Assembly (NCBI GenBank): GCA_964016885.1 | Contig: OZ024743.1 | Location: 164,672,001-164,736,000, forward strand | Origin: Eledone cirrhosa | Taxonomy: Eukaryota | Direction: 5' to 3' | DNA: 64,000 nt | Shown: positions 24,161-38,469 of the stretch, piece by piece | Layout of the letters: each line of letters starts with the position of its first letter | Position numbering within the stretch: the first letter of the stretch is position 1 | Translations under genes and position numbers: made by a program | Notes under the pieces: generated by a model | The model's database searches: none | Seen by the model: the letters and a program-made list of their open reading frames with translations, nothing else | What the model was told of the DNA's origin: nothing

Positions 24161-25060
24161 GTGTGACTTTTGGGGTGCCAGCAATGGCTGTCGGTATGAC
24201 ACCTGGCCTGGTGTCAGCGGCGGCCACTCTGGGTACCTTAATTGTGGCGGTCTCGAGTGCTGGTGTGGGTGACCCTGGCTCTGAAAACGATGCAGCCAGG
24301 TCAGATGTTCCACAATCTTCTCTGCCATCACTAAAAATATTTTCTGTTCTGCTGCCACCATCTGTATCTCGTCGGCATGTGCGTGCCTTCTCCTTGTTGG
24401 CGCGGCATGCGCGACATCAGCATACTTCTGGAGCGGCTTGTTTTGGCTTTGGCTGGGGCATGTTGCGTGAGTAGGATGGGCATAGTTTGTTTGGGACCAG
24501 GGGTGGGCGAATCTGCAGCCCATCTCTGTCTCTCCATGCTAGCAGGTCCCGTTCCTGAAGAACTTGCACATTACTTGGGTTTTCTTGCTCCCAGTGTCTT
24601 GGTGCTTTCTGTTCTTCCTTTGAACGGTTGTCCACTGGTCCCTCTGCGCTTGGTTCTCTTTCGGAAGGTGATTTCGCTTCTCACCTTTACCGTTTGCTTG
24701 TTGGTTGCCCGGCCTGCCCTCCCTGCCTGTGGCGGCGGGTATCTCATTTTCTTTCAGGTCCATGCTTGTGCTTTCTTCATTTTCTTTTTCCTCTCCTTTC
24801 TCTTCCTTTTTCTCCTCCCTGAGGACACGGCTTAGCATCGCCATATGTGGTGCTATGAGGACATAGGCCTTCTCGTGTTCTTTTCTTTTTCTCTTTATCT
24901 GCGCCAGGGTCCTCAGAAACCCATGGCTCTTCAGGGTCTCCGCAATCTTTTTGCTTGGTGGTTTCCCATCGGCCAGGCTCCACCCCTTGATCAAAACCGC
25001 CAGTTCCATCTGACTCCTAACTTCCCCTCCTCCCTACATGCAGTCCATTTCGCTGTGGAG
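24146..25060 (-). pseudogene. LINE ORF1 remnant with CCCH-like zinc finger
   Basis: K/E-rich segment then MCKFFRNGTC*HGETEMGCRFAHP across a single stop. Confidence 0.6.
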
Positions 25061-26184
25061 GGGGAGAAAGAGAGATAGTGGGAAGGGTAGGGTAGAGGTT
25101 AGAGAGGGAAGAGAGATATAAGTCAAGTGAGAAATTTAAGGAGCAATTTAGAGGGAAAGAGAGAGAGAGAGCTTGTGCGATCTAGAGAGAGAGAGAAAGA
25201 AAAAGAAAGAAAGGGGAGAGAGACAGAAGAGAGGAGCGAGAAAGATAGCGAGAAGAGTGGGAGGAAAGGTTAGAGAGAGAGGGAGGGAGATAGATAAGTC
25301 CGGTGAGAAATTCAAGGTGCGATTTAGAGAGAGGGGGGGGGGGGGGGTACGTGTGATCTAGAGACAGAGAAAGAGAGAGAAGAAGGAAGAACAAGAGAGA
25401 CAACGTGAGAAATAGCAATGCAGAGAGAGAGAGTAAAAAGAGCGGTCAAAGAGAACTATAAATATTAATAATTAATATCGTTCAAAGAATATTTCGCGAT
25501 TAAAACACCGAAACAAAGTGAAGAACAAACGATATCAACATGAAATATAAAAGGAGACAGAAAAAATTAAGATAAAAATAAAATAAGATAAATTTAAAAT
25601 AAATTAAATGAATGAAACCCAAATAAGTTAAAGATATAGAATTACGAAGATTTATATAAGTTGTATATAAGTTGATTTCAAATGTAGGTATCGTTTGTCT
25701 ACAAATATAAATAACGGAAACCGTATATAGTGAACCGTAGTTATTGTAATATCAATATATCAAAAACGACATTATATCAAAAACAACAACAAATACACAT
25801 GCTCACCGAGTCTAAAATAAAAATAAAATTATATTAAATTATGTTACTCAAAATAAAACAAAATAATACAAAATTTACGTAAATTAAATTAAATTAAATT
25901 AAATTATGTACTAGCTTTCTATACTCTGTATGGTAGACAAAGAAAGCACGTGTGTGTATTGTTTTTAGGAGGATATCACACAGTGAAAATAAACTCATTT
26001 AAAACGCTAACATACGTAAAATAATCACGTCAAAGTATAAATACTTATCTCTTATATATATTTTCCTTGTTTTCTTAAAAATTACAACGATACAAAGCAC
26101 TGATCTCTGTCGATTTAAAATTTAAAATCTCGACGGTCAGGGAAGCACGTCCGTACCAACAAGCTGCCAAGCCTATATACATAT

Positions 26185-28425
26185 AACACAGAACCCTACA
26201 ACTATTTCAGTACACTGGGTAGTGACCACCGGCTTGTTATCAGTGAGGTCCGGGTGAGCTTAAGAAAGAGCAAGGCTCAGCCCCGGAGAGCAATCTATGA
26301 CTGGGGAGCTTCCAAGGAAGATGATAAGCTACAGGAGAGATTCACAGTAGAAATGAGGAACAGGTTCAGTGCACTGTGTGGAGAAACAGAGGAGAGAGAG
26401 ATTGGATAGACTGAGGAGAGTGTGACGAGGAGGTACGGATACTTCACCAATGCAGTGGCGGAAGCAAGTGAGACCCTGGTACCGAGGAGAAAGAACAAAA
26501 GGAAGCACGTCAGCTCTGCAGACCCAAAAGTATGTGCAGCCAGAGAACACCTGAAAGCTGCCAAGGACCAATTCTATGCTGATCCTACGGAGGAGAAGAT
26601 GGAGACTGTGGAGGTGACGAGGGAAGAACTCTGTACCGCTTACACTGAGGCCAGAGAGGGGGCACTGATAGAGAAGATCAGACGTGTGGAGAGAGCGGTT
26701 GACAGGTCTGGATGTAAGGAGAGCTGGAAGATCATCAACGAGATCATAGGGAGGAAGAGAAGGTGTTCGAGTCAGATCCAGGGAACGGGGCCCGAGGATA
26801 GGAAGAGGAAATGGATAGACCATTTTAGGACCCTACTAGGAGAGCCGCCCTCCACAGCCCAGAACACTGGGGAGATCAGGCGACTGTTTGAAGAACTGGA
26901 TATTGAGACAGAGCCCTTCACCAGAGAGGAGCTTCAGAGAGCCAAGAAGAAGATCAAGGAGGCAAGGCTCATGGAGAAGATGGAGTGGCATCAGAGGTGA
27001 TGAAGAGGTGTGATTTTGATGATATCAAGCTGGGGTTCTTTAACCAGGCACTGGAGAAAGGAGTTGCCCGAATCAGTGGAGGATCAGTAACATCGTCCCA
27101 GTGCCAAAGAAGGGAGATCTCTCTAACACCAACAACTACAGGGGGATCTCACTGACGTCACTTGTGGCAAAGACACTCAACAGGATGATTCTTAACAGGA
27201 TCCAGCCTAAGATGGAGAAGAAGCTCAGGGACAACCAGAACGGCTTCAGAGAAGGAAGATCAACCACCAGTCACATCCTGATGCTGAGGAGGATATTAGA
27301 GGGAGCTAGAGCAAAGTACCTTCCTGCAGTCTTGGTTTTCATTGACTTTAGGAAGGCCTTTGATTCCGTGGACCGTCACTGCCTGATGAAGATCTTACAG
27401 GCTTATGGAATCCCCAAGAAGATAGTGGACCTGATATCACTGCTCTACACCAACACCAAAGCCCGAGTCATTACACCTGATGCGATGACAGAGTTCTTTG
27501 AGATACTGGCTGGAGTGCTCCAGGGAGATACATTGGCTCCCTACCTTTTTATCATCGTGGTGGACTATTGCATGTGCCTTGCACTAGAGAAACACCAGGA
27601 CTCTGGCTTTACTGTAGCACCGGCTCAGAGCAGGAGAGTTAAGGCGAAAAGATATCGGATGCTGAATTTGCCGACGACATAGTTTTGGTGACAAATACAG
27701 TGAAGGAAGCAGAGGATTTGATGCAGGAGATTGAGACTGTGTTGATGAGTGTGGGGCTGAGAATGAATGAGATTAAGACAAAATATCTGGTAGAGAATGT
27801 TGAGAAGCCAGAAGAGATTATTAATGTAGGCGGGGAGCCGCTAGAATTGGTTGAGGACTTCCTGTATTTGGGACCAAAGATTGGGAATACGGAAGATGAT
27901 GTGGTTGAGAGGAAGAGCAAGGCCTGGGCGGCGTGCCACAGCTTGAGATCGGTGTGGAAGTCGGACCTTTGTAAAGACCGGAAAATCCGCCTCTTCATTG
28001 CTGTAGTGGAGTCTGTGCTGCTGTACGGGTCTGAGACTTGGACAGTGGCCAAGAAACTCACTCAGATGGTGGATGGGTGCTACACAAGAATGCTAAGGAT
28101 GGCTCTGAACATTAATCAGTATACACTGAGGATGAAAAACTCAGAGCTTTATGGGAGCCTCCTAAAAGTCAGCTCAAAAGTGACACAGAGGAGACTGAGG
28201 TTAGCTGGACATGCTCACCGGCATTCAGAGTTGACATTGCACTCAGTGCTCCTGTGTGAGCCCCTACATGGACACACTGGAAGAGAAAGACCAAGGTTAA
28301 CGTATGTTTATGCCCTAAGGACAGACACTGGTCTGTTGGAGACGCAGGAAATGGCAGCGATAATGAGAGACAGAGACCGCTGGAGAGAACTCGTCCATGG
28401 ATCTCGGAAATTTTACCCGCCCTAA
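26185..28425 (+). mobile_element. 5'-truncated RTE-clade LINE (RT), frameshifted
   Basis: [79 protein letters not shown]; ends in a TA tract. Confidence 0.92.
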
Positions 28426-28426
28426 A

Positions 28427-29840
<1,414 letters not shown>

Positions 29841-29907
29841 ATATATATATATATATATATTAATGAAAAAGAACAAAGGAACTATTATGACATTATAACA
29901 AGTTTAT

Positions 29908-29954
29908 TGCCGACAGCCGTTTCGTCCGACCATATGGGGGGACTTTTCAAGGCA
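29908..29954 (-). ncRNA. Hammerhead ribozyme, U3-A8 variant (inverted copy)
   Basis: Near reverse complement of 32412-32458. Confidence 0.75.
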
Positions 29955-32411
29955 TATAACAGGTGATTGCAAGTTCATTATTTACATCAACGTTTCACTC
30001 AAGATTAGCAGTTTGAAATTGTGGTATACATTAGCAGCTCCGCTTGTATATTTGGGGTCTATATTCTAAGGGGGCTCTTTTATATTAGTTGTCGGAGTTG
30101 TAAAAGGGATGGGTTATGGGGAGTTAAGGGAATTTGAAAGGGGCCTAAGAGTCAGGGGTTGAAGGTTAAAAATTAGATAATTTATAATTTACGCATTAAA
30201 AGTAAAAGACTTGGGATCTCGTAGAAGCACCTTAAAAATCCCTCAATAAGTGCATAAAGCTTATAAGCCCCAATAAACCTAACAAACCAGAAGATATTAA
30301 GAGACTAAAAAAAATAATAAAATAAAAATATAAAGTTTCCTAAAAAATTCCTTCGAGAGAAAAAAATTTTTTCGAAAGAAAAAAATTTTTTCTTCCCCAG
30401 AGATCACGTTAAAAAATTTTTTTCAGAAAATTTACGAAGTTTTGATAATCCCTACTAAGTTGAAAGAAACTAATCAATTAAAGGTTAATTCAAAAAGCCT
30501 TCAAAAAATCCCTCAGAAAAGGCCCCTTTAATATTTTTAATAAGAACCTCTCCCGAGAGACCCTTCGAAGAATTAAAATTTTAGAGAGCCTTTAAGGATA
30601 TATATAAACGAATTGAGGAAAATTATAAATTAAAAGTTAAAAATTACGGGATTTGGGATATCCGGGGAATTTTTGAAGGGCTGCTTCAACAGATACAACT
30701 TAGGTATAATAGATAAAATAATTTAAGTAATTTAATTAGGGAGCAATTCAAAGAGCTTATCAAGTTGGGCAAGATTAAAGAAAATGATAAGTAAGAAAAT
30801 ACATAAGCAAAAAGACAATAATTATAAAATGTATTTTTAAGAAGGTATAAGGTAGCTTCAGTAATCTAATAATGTACTATCAAAAAATTATTATAAAATT
30901 CTTAATACAGGATTAACAAATACATAATAATATATTCCTGCCTAATTAACAAATAATCAATAAACAATTAACAGTCAAGCAAAATTAGCTCAGGGATATC
31001 CCGCGCTCGGATACTTTACACACATACAGCAACACATAGGATTAACAAAGACATAATGGTATATTCCTGCCTAATTAACAAACAATCAATAAACAATTGA
31101 TAGTCAAGAAAATGTACTCAGGGATATCCCACGCACGGATACTTTACACACATACAGCAAGATGAACAATACAGGTGACCTTGTGGGTGCGATATCCATT
31201 GTGCGTATGTAGTCATCTGCATAGCTCCAGGCACAGTTGGTCTGTTTTTAAATGTTCAGAGTTCACGAATCAACTGGGATTCACTATCAGCTGTGTGGAC
31301 TCTCTGGGAGATGTACCTGTGGATCAAATAGCTAGTGATTGCTGGGTGTGGTCCGTTCGATCTTTTAGTTTCGGGGATTGCACGCGTTTGCGATAGATCA
31401 GCCTGCCGGTTCTAAATCCAAGGTCTCGCTGCATAGGATGTATTGGTTTACATGCTATATTGGTAAAAAAAACCAGTGTGGATTTGACTGGGATGGTATA
31501 TTGCGTCTCTCGCTAATATCTCCTCCTCTCACGAACTCCAAGCACACACGCGACTGGTCAAATGCGAAGGGCTGTCCCCTCTTTGTTTGTTGTAGGGGTC
31601 GGTTCCAGCTTAGATGGTGGTCGTGTTATCCATATTCCGTCAGCCATGCATATTCAAAACAGATCAGGGTATATATTTGCGGGTATGGTCCGGCGTCTAC
31701 GCTATCCAAAGGGTCTCTCTTGTGGTATTTTCAAGTTCGCATGTCATCTCCCGGTTAAGACTGCGCATGCTTCGGTGAATCTCGTGCATGGAATCTTGGG
31801 GTATCATATTACACGGGGTGACTAGCAGAAAATATATATTCCATGCTATCGCGCACGCGCTAGCATGTGGCTACGACCGTGTCCAGTCTCGGGTAGTAGC
31901 AGACAGCAGGTAGACCAGCTAGACACACCCCTGAACGTGATCTCTGGGGAAGAAAACATTTTTTATTTCGAAAAAATGTTTTTTCTCTCGAAGGAATTTT
32001 TTAGGAAACTTTATATTTTTTTAGGAAACTTTATATTTTTATTTTTTTAATTTTTTTAAGTCTCTTAATATCTTCTGGTTTGTTAGGTTTATTGGGGCTT
32101 ATAAGCTTTATACACTTATTGAGGGATTTTTTAAGGTGCTTCTACGAGATCCCAAGTCTTTTACTTTTAATGCGTAAATTATAAATTATCTAATTTTTAA
32201 CCTTCAATCCCTGACTCTTAGGCCCCTTTCAAATTCTCTTAACTCCCCATAACCCATCCCTTTTACAACTCGGACAACTAATATAAAAGAGCCCCCTTAG
32301 AATATAGACCCCAAATATACAAGCGGAGCTGCTGATGTATACCACAATTTCAAACTGCTAATCTTGAGTGAAACGTTGATGTAAATAATGAACTTACAAT
32401 CACCTGTTATA

Positions 32412-32458
32412 TGCCTTGAAAAGTCCCACCATATGGTCGGACGAAACGGCTGTCGGCA
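32412..32458 (+). ncRNA. Hammerhead ribozyme, U3-A8 variant
   Basis: UGCC/GGCA stem I, UUGAAAA, GUCC..ACC-AUAU-GGU..GGAC stem II, GAAA, A-CGGCUG-U, GUC site. Confidence 0.8.
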
Positions 32459-32609
32459 ATAAACTTGTTATAATGTCATAATAGTTCCTTTGTTCTTTTT
32501 CATTAATAGTTCTGCTCTGCTTATACGCATAGAGCTTAACTAGCTACCGTCGCATATTTGGTAGGTCAGGCGTGATCATCGCGATTCACATACGACCTAC
32601 CATACATCT

Positions 32610-32684
<75 letters not shown>

Positions 32685-32932
32685 TATATATATATATATA
32701 TATATCATATATATATGATATACATATATATATGATATATATATATATATATATATATATGATATATATATATATATATATATGATATATATATATATAG
32801 TAGTAGCAAACTTTAGCCACGTCACTCCAGGGCGACCGGCTGGGGTTGAAGGAACAGAATAGCGGTCGCCCTCGGGTCCTCGATTTTCAGCCCCATGGAT
32901 TTTATCTATTACATTCACGTATTATATTTCGA

Positions 32933-32990
32933 ATACCTGATGATATCACCGGATTCATACGGAACCCGGTCATTGAAATGATCATAGTAT
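32933..32990 (+). ncRNA. Type I hammerhead in a ~250-bp solo insertion (32799-33045)
   Basis: AUAC/GUAU stem I, CUGAUGA, stem II with ACCGG/CCGGU, GAAA, palindromic A-UGAUCA-U, UA site. Confidence 0.78.
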
Positions 32991-33040
32991 AATAAACCTT
33001 TCAAGGATTTACACAAATCCAGTCTCCTGTCATTTCATTA

Positions 33041-33109
<69 letters not shown>

Positions 33110-34079
33110 TATATCATATATATATATATGATATATATATATATATATGATATATATATGATATATATATATATATACATTTTACGTGTGTTGTGTTGAG
33201 GAAAATAACTATGTGTATACTCTGGTAATGTATCTTACATTGCCCATTGATTGCACTGAGATACAACCGGTACTGGCATTGATAAATATGCTGGGTCCGT
33301 CAACCCTTATTATATATATATATATATATATATTTCAGAATTTCTTACTTACACATCTCTCTGCATATTATTTCCTCACTTCAATCTATATATTTTTTTA
33401 CTCACCTCAATCCGGATTCTCACTTGAAAAATTTTTTAATTTCTAATTGTTAATTTTTTAATTTTTTTATTTTTTAATTTATAATTTCTGATATTTGATT
33501 TAGGATTTTCGATTTTAAATTTTTATTTTTATTTCCAACTCTCACTCATAACTTCCAATGTGAAACCATGATACCTAGAATTAAGTATATTTTCTCTTAG
33601 GGGTTGATGGTCCATGCTTGGTGAGAGGTAGTATTATGACCTGTAAAAACTAACACTCTCCCATCCCCTCTGGCTTTCGGCTGACTGCCACAGACGGGAT
33701 GGGTAGCAGTAAACTATGGTACAGGCCTGAATGGGTCATTGTTTGGCTGAGAGGGGGAACTGACTAAGCGAATTTCGTTGAAATCTGCGGTAGCTAATGG
33801 TCAACTTCCTCTGGACCTGCGCCTGCGCAGACCGGTGGGGGTGAATTGGTACTCACAGGGAAACGGATGAAGAACGCAAAAGCACACACTTCGTCCGTTC
33901 CCATGTCGATTCAATTTGGATTGCCTCGGAAACATAACCTATTTATGTAACAAGCTGTCTGACGTTGTTGCGACACTGGCACACAGAACAGTGTGGACAC
34001 TGTCGCCATTGAAATATATATCACAGTATTATTATTAAAAGACTTGAACATCTGAAACTACTTCGCTTTTCCTTATTCG

Positions 34080-34132
<53 letters not shown>

Positions 34133-34135
<3 letters not shown>

Positions 34136-35036
34136 ACTATACAGAGCATTTGTAGTTTTTCCAAATTGAAGGATGAGTATTTTAAACTTTATTTTATTCT
34201 GAGTTAAGGCTCTATTGATTTTTCCCTGGATTTCACCAAATTCTGTGGATGAATCTATATCCTGATTCTTTTTGAATTGAGTTTGAATTATTTTCCTACA
34301 TCTTACGTTAACTATTTTTCCATTTTGACGCTATAGTCACTTATATATTATGGAATACTGTTGGCTTCTTGCTACAATAATTTCTATACTTTTCATTTAT
34401 ATTTATACTTGGATTTCTTTCCTAGAGTGTTTAAAATTATTTGTGACTAATCCCGGTCTTTTTTTTTTTTTTTTAAAAACCGCAATGATATTGCTTTTGC
34501 TGAACTCCTTATATTGTAGAGTTTTTTTCGGAATGTTTTTGACTGTTATTTCATGTAAACAGACACTCGTCTCATTCTGACGTCACCAGCCCTGTCTCTA
34601 CATGTGCGTTTTTCTTCATAATTACGCATGATGTTGAACTAGCCTGCTTTTAAATTCCCTTTTTGGCACATTATAACCAGTGGACCTTTGGTTATCGTGT
34701 CTATGAGCTCTGCTGATGATCGATTCCAACCGTGACCATCCCCACTGAAAGTTTCGTGAAATAGTCTTTTAAGACTATACAGAGCATTTGTAGTTTTTCC
34801 AAATTGAAGGATGAGTATTTTAAACTTTATTTTATTCTGAGTTAAGGCTCTATTGATTTTTCCCTGGATTTCACCAAATTCTGTGGATGAATCTATATCC
34901 TGATTCTTTTTGAATTGAGTTTGAATTATTTTCCTACATCTTACGTTAACTATTTTTCCATTATGACGCTATAGTCACTTATATATTATGGAATACTGTT
35001 GGCTTCTTGCTACATTAATTGTATACTTTTCATTTA
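34133..35036 (+). mobile_element. Retrozyme-like 638-bp non-coding unit, 1.4 tandem copies
   Basis: AAGACTATACAGAGC at 34133 and 34771; HHR at the unit junction; TA flanks. Confidence 0.75.
34707..34785 (+). ncRNA. Type I hammerhead ribozyme
   Basis: GCUCUG/CAGAGC stem I, CUGAUGA, U-CGA..UCG-U stem II, GAAA, stem III AUAGUCUU/AAGACUAU, UA site. Confidence 0.78.
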
Positions 35037-35055
35037 TATATATATATCATCATTA

Positions 35056-35374
35056 TCTATAAAAGGCAGATTTTTGTGTCTGTATGTATGTTTCAATTTT
35101 ATACATTTGCACAATTTCAAACCGTTTCGACTGAATGTCTGTAAGAATGTTGTAAATGGTCTAACTTAGGTCAACGACTATTTATTTATTTCAAACTCAC
35201 CCACAATTACGGAAATAATCGATAAAACTAAATACATGACGCTTTTCCCCTCTAATAGAATCTGCTTACCTCTCTCTACTCCCCTTAAAATTCGATAAAA
35301 CTACATACATGCTGCAACTTTCTCTTATATACGCTTAAACTTACAAACTTCCTTTAGGAACGCTGAAGAGAGGG

Positions 35375-35447
<73 letters not shown>

Positions 35448-36074
35448 TTTGTTTTTGAGTGTGGAACGGTCAAACATTTATTTACTTCAATGACAACAAA
35501 GATTATTACATTTCATACGAAACAACAATTATTCAAAAGCAACAGGTAAATTTATTCAACAACAAAAAAACAGCGATAAATCTTTGCTAGAAACAGCAGC
35601 TAACTCTCCCCCATATCTCACCCCTCCCTACTGTTTTAAATTTAGAAAACACAGATTAGACAACCATGCAGAACAACTCCATCGCAACTCTGTTGTTCGG
35701 CTGGCAATAATATACTCTATGGGTTCACTAAACCTGCTAGAAACAGCAGCTAACTCTCCCCCATATCTCACCCCTCCCTACTGTTTTAACCATGCAGAAC
35801 AACTCAATCGCAGCTCTGTTGTTCGGCTGGCATCGTCTACGCGCGTGTTGCGCAAGTACTGTGAAACAATAAATTTCAACACTTCTTTACACAGAGATAA
35901 TATCCATAGGCGAAACTACAATTGTAACTGCTGACGCAGCTCCTGCTTCGGCAGTCCAGGTCTGCAATTCATTCACCCAGTGCCTGGCAGACAAAATAGT
36001 GGTGCCATAAAATGGGTGGTGCAACCTAACTTTGGTAACTTACTGACCCCGAGCAACGCCGGGCTTTAATGCTA

Positions 36075-36075
<1 letters not shown>
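35056..36075 (+). mobile_element. Complete non-autonomous Helitron
   Basis: A|TCTATAAAA..TGTCTGTATG start; CCCGAGCAACGCCGGG hairpin then CTAG|T end; no TSD; internal ~150-bp duplication at 35585-35835. Confidence 0.8.
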
Positions 36076-36122
<47 letters not shown>

Positions 36123-36125
<3 letters not shown>

Positions 36126-37040
36126 AAATATATTACTAATAAATAATGGAATAGAAAGGGCTAAAGCAATAGGCATTGATGAATTACGGAAACAGAAACA
36201 AATTCAAGGTACGTCCAATATTCTATCATATATCTCAACACACAACCCAAGAAATGCGGAAGCTTACAACACTATTCACAATAACATCCCACTACTAAAA
36301 CAAAACCCAAGAATGAAAAAAGCCCTTGAAACACACAAAATAATCAAAAGCAAAAGTCAACCAAAATCACTGAAAACATTACCCACCAATGCCAAATTAC
36401 CTACCACAAACCCACAACCAAGTATCAAAAAATGTGGTCGCTCTAATTGTGGAACCTGCACTCACCTCATTGAAGGCAACACGTATACATTTAAATCAGG
36501 ACAAAATTTTACTGTAAAAAATCACTTCACTTGCTCATCAAAAAATCTAATTTATGCTATTAAATGTAAAGGATGCAATGAAGATTATATAGGACAAACT
36601 AAACTCACACTCAGAAACAGAATGACAGTTCACCGCCAACAATTACGAGATCCAACCACGAGACAGATACCACTAAGTGCACATCTAGACATTTGCGCAA
36701 GTAATAAGACACCCAAATTCCAAGTCTTCCCATTTTACCTTTGCGCTAACAATACAACAGAACAAATGCGAATAAATAAGGAAAATATGTTTATTCAAAA
36801 ATATAGACCAACATTAAATAAGGTTTAATATACATTATGTCAACACCACAATATGACATACACACACACACACACATAACACCTTCTACTTTAGAAAATA
36901 AAAACCCGAACTAAATAAACCTTAACATACGTTTGCACTGGCAATACAACAGCAAATACGAAAAAGTCAGGAAAATATGTTCATTCAAAAATATTCCTAC
37001 TAAAGGAATCATTTTCCTACACACACACATACACACACAC

Positions 37041-37077
<37 letters not shown>

Positions 37078-37333
37078 TCTTCATCTTAACATGCTAACCA
37101 TACTCCCACACACATAACACCCATACACACACATAACAACCCCCACACTTACAACACCCTCCCCATTTCTACTAATAAAACCACTTTCCTACACACATAT
37201 ATATATACACACACACAAAATATATATTCTCTCCATCTAACATACTCGCACACACACACATAACACCCATATACACACACACACAACTCCCTCCCCCATC
37301 TCTACTAATAGAATCATCTTCCAATACACACAT

Positions 37334-37364
<31 letters not shown>

Positions 37365-37990
37365 AGCACACAAATAAACACATATCTTCAGTCTCAATAG
37401 AAAATCTGAACTCTGACACCTGAACTCTGACAGCTGGCCATATTCACTGAACCAGAACATTTCTCCCAATCCCTTTTCCCTTGACCACTATCTCTCCATT
37501 GTCATAACATTCACTATAAAGACTACAGAATAGTTTTCCAAATAAGGGCGCAAAAATGTAATGAAAACTTGTTCACGTGACAGCCAAATTTCATTTATAA
37601 CCAACCCCAAAAAAGCCTTCGTGAGCCTCATTTTTTCAAGTAAAAAGAAATTCAAACACTCATATATGAAAAAACAACCTGTGACAACCCCCCCCCCCCC
37701 CCGCTCTTATTTGAAGAACTATTGTAACGCGAACTGGCGCGAAATTTATTATAATTATTGACAAACCAATCAAATTACTTCTCGAAAAACCTGGCTTTCG
37801 AGCCACTTTTTCCATATAAAACAAGTAACATTTAGAGACCAACCAGATGTGAGAAAAACCACAGACCCTCCATCTCAACTCACCTTTTGAAAAGCAGAAG
37901 AACTGCGAAACCGGTAAAGGAACCAAATAAATATATATATTTTTAAAAAAAATAAGACTTCAGTTGCATTTTCGATTTCATCCCTTTTTC
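36123..37990 (+). mobile_element. 5'-truncated PLE (Cys-rich linker plus GIY-YIG, Neptune-like), 3' UTR with HHR
   Basis: ORF 36313-36828: KCGRSNCGTC, FTCSSKNLIYAIKCKGC..YIGQT..L.NR..H, E..FI.KY.P.LN. Confidence 0.88.
37883..37920 (+). ncRNA. Minimal hammerhead, U3-A8 variant
   Basis: CCUU/AAGG stem I, UUGAAAA, GCAG-AAGAA-CUGC, GAAA, palindromic A-CCGG-U, UA site. Confidence 0.8.
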
Positions 37991-37992
37991 TT

Positions 37993-38030
<38 letters not shown>

Positions 38031-38211
38031 TATTTCTGCCTGTAGAGCTGTTTTTATGTGCCTGTGTATATGCGTATATTTATTGAGTACTTATTTATTT
38101 GTATGTGTATATATTTGTGTGTATGTGTGTATATGTATGTGTATGTATGTGTATGTGTATGTATATGTATGTGTACGCATGTATATGTGTATATGTATAT
38201 ATATATATATA

Positions 38212-38244
<33 letters not shown>

Positions 38245-38270
38245 GTGTGTGTTTGTGTGTATGTGTGTAT

Positions 38271-38335
<65 letters not shown>

Positions 38336-38469
38336 GGTGGGTGTGTGTATATATATGTGTGTATGTGTTTATGCGGTTCTCTCTGTGTGTGTATTTATTT
38401 ATTTATTTATTATTTATATATGTGTGTGTGTGTATATATGTGTATATATATGTGTGTGTGTGTGTATGT

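Larger units (their letters stand above)
21142..26173 (-). mobile_element. Near full-length CR1/L2-group LINE (ORF1 plus APE-RT ORF2), frameshifted
   Basis: APE motifs LLLNVRGL, LTETHL, FRSDR..RGGV; RT motifs GPDG, IHKGG..NYRP, PQGTVLGPLLF, YADD, LDYCSQLWSP, LYSLERRRER; (AAAAGAGT)-like tail at 21143-21167. The 5' boundary is inferred. Confidence 0.88.
29862..32612 (-). mobile_element. PLE-type non-coding 3' region (~2 kb) with inverted duplication and HHR
   Basis: 29862-30412 is inverted at 31932-32506; HHR in each arm; internal ~127-bp duplication at 30909-31160; no ORF recognised. Confidence 0.75.
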
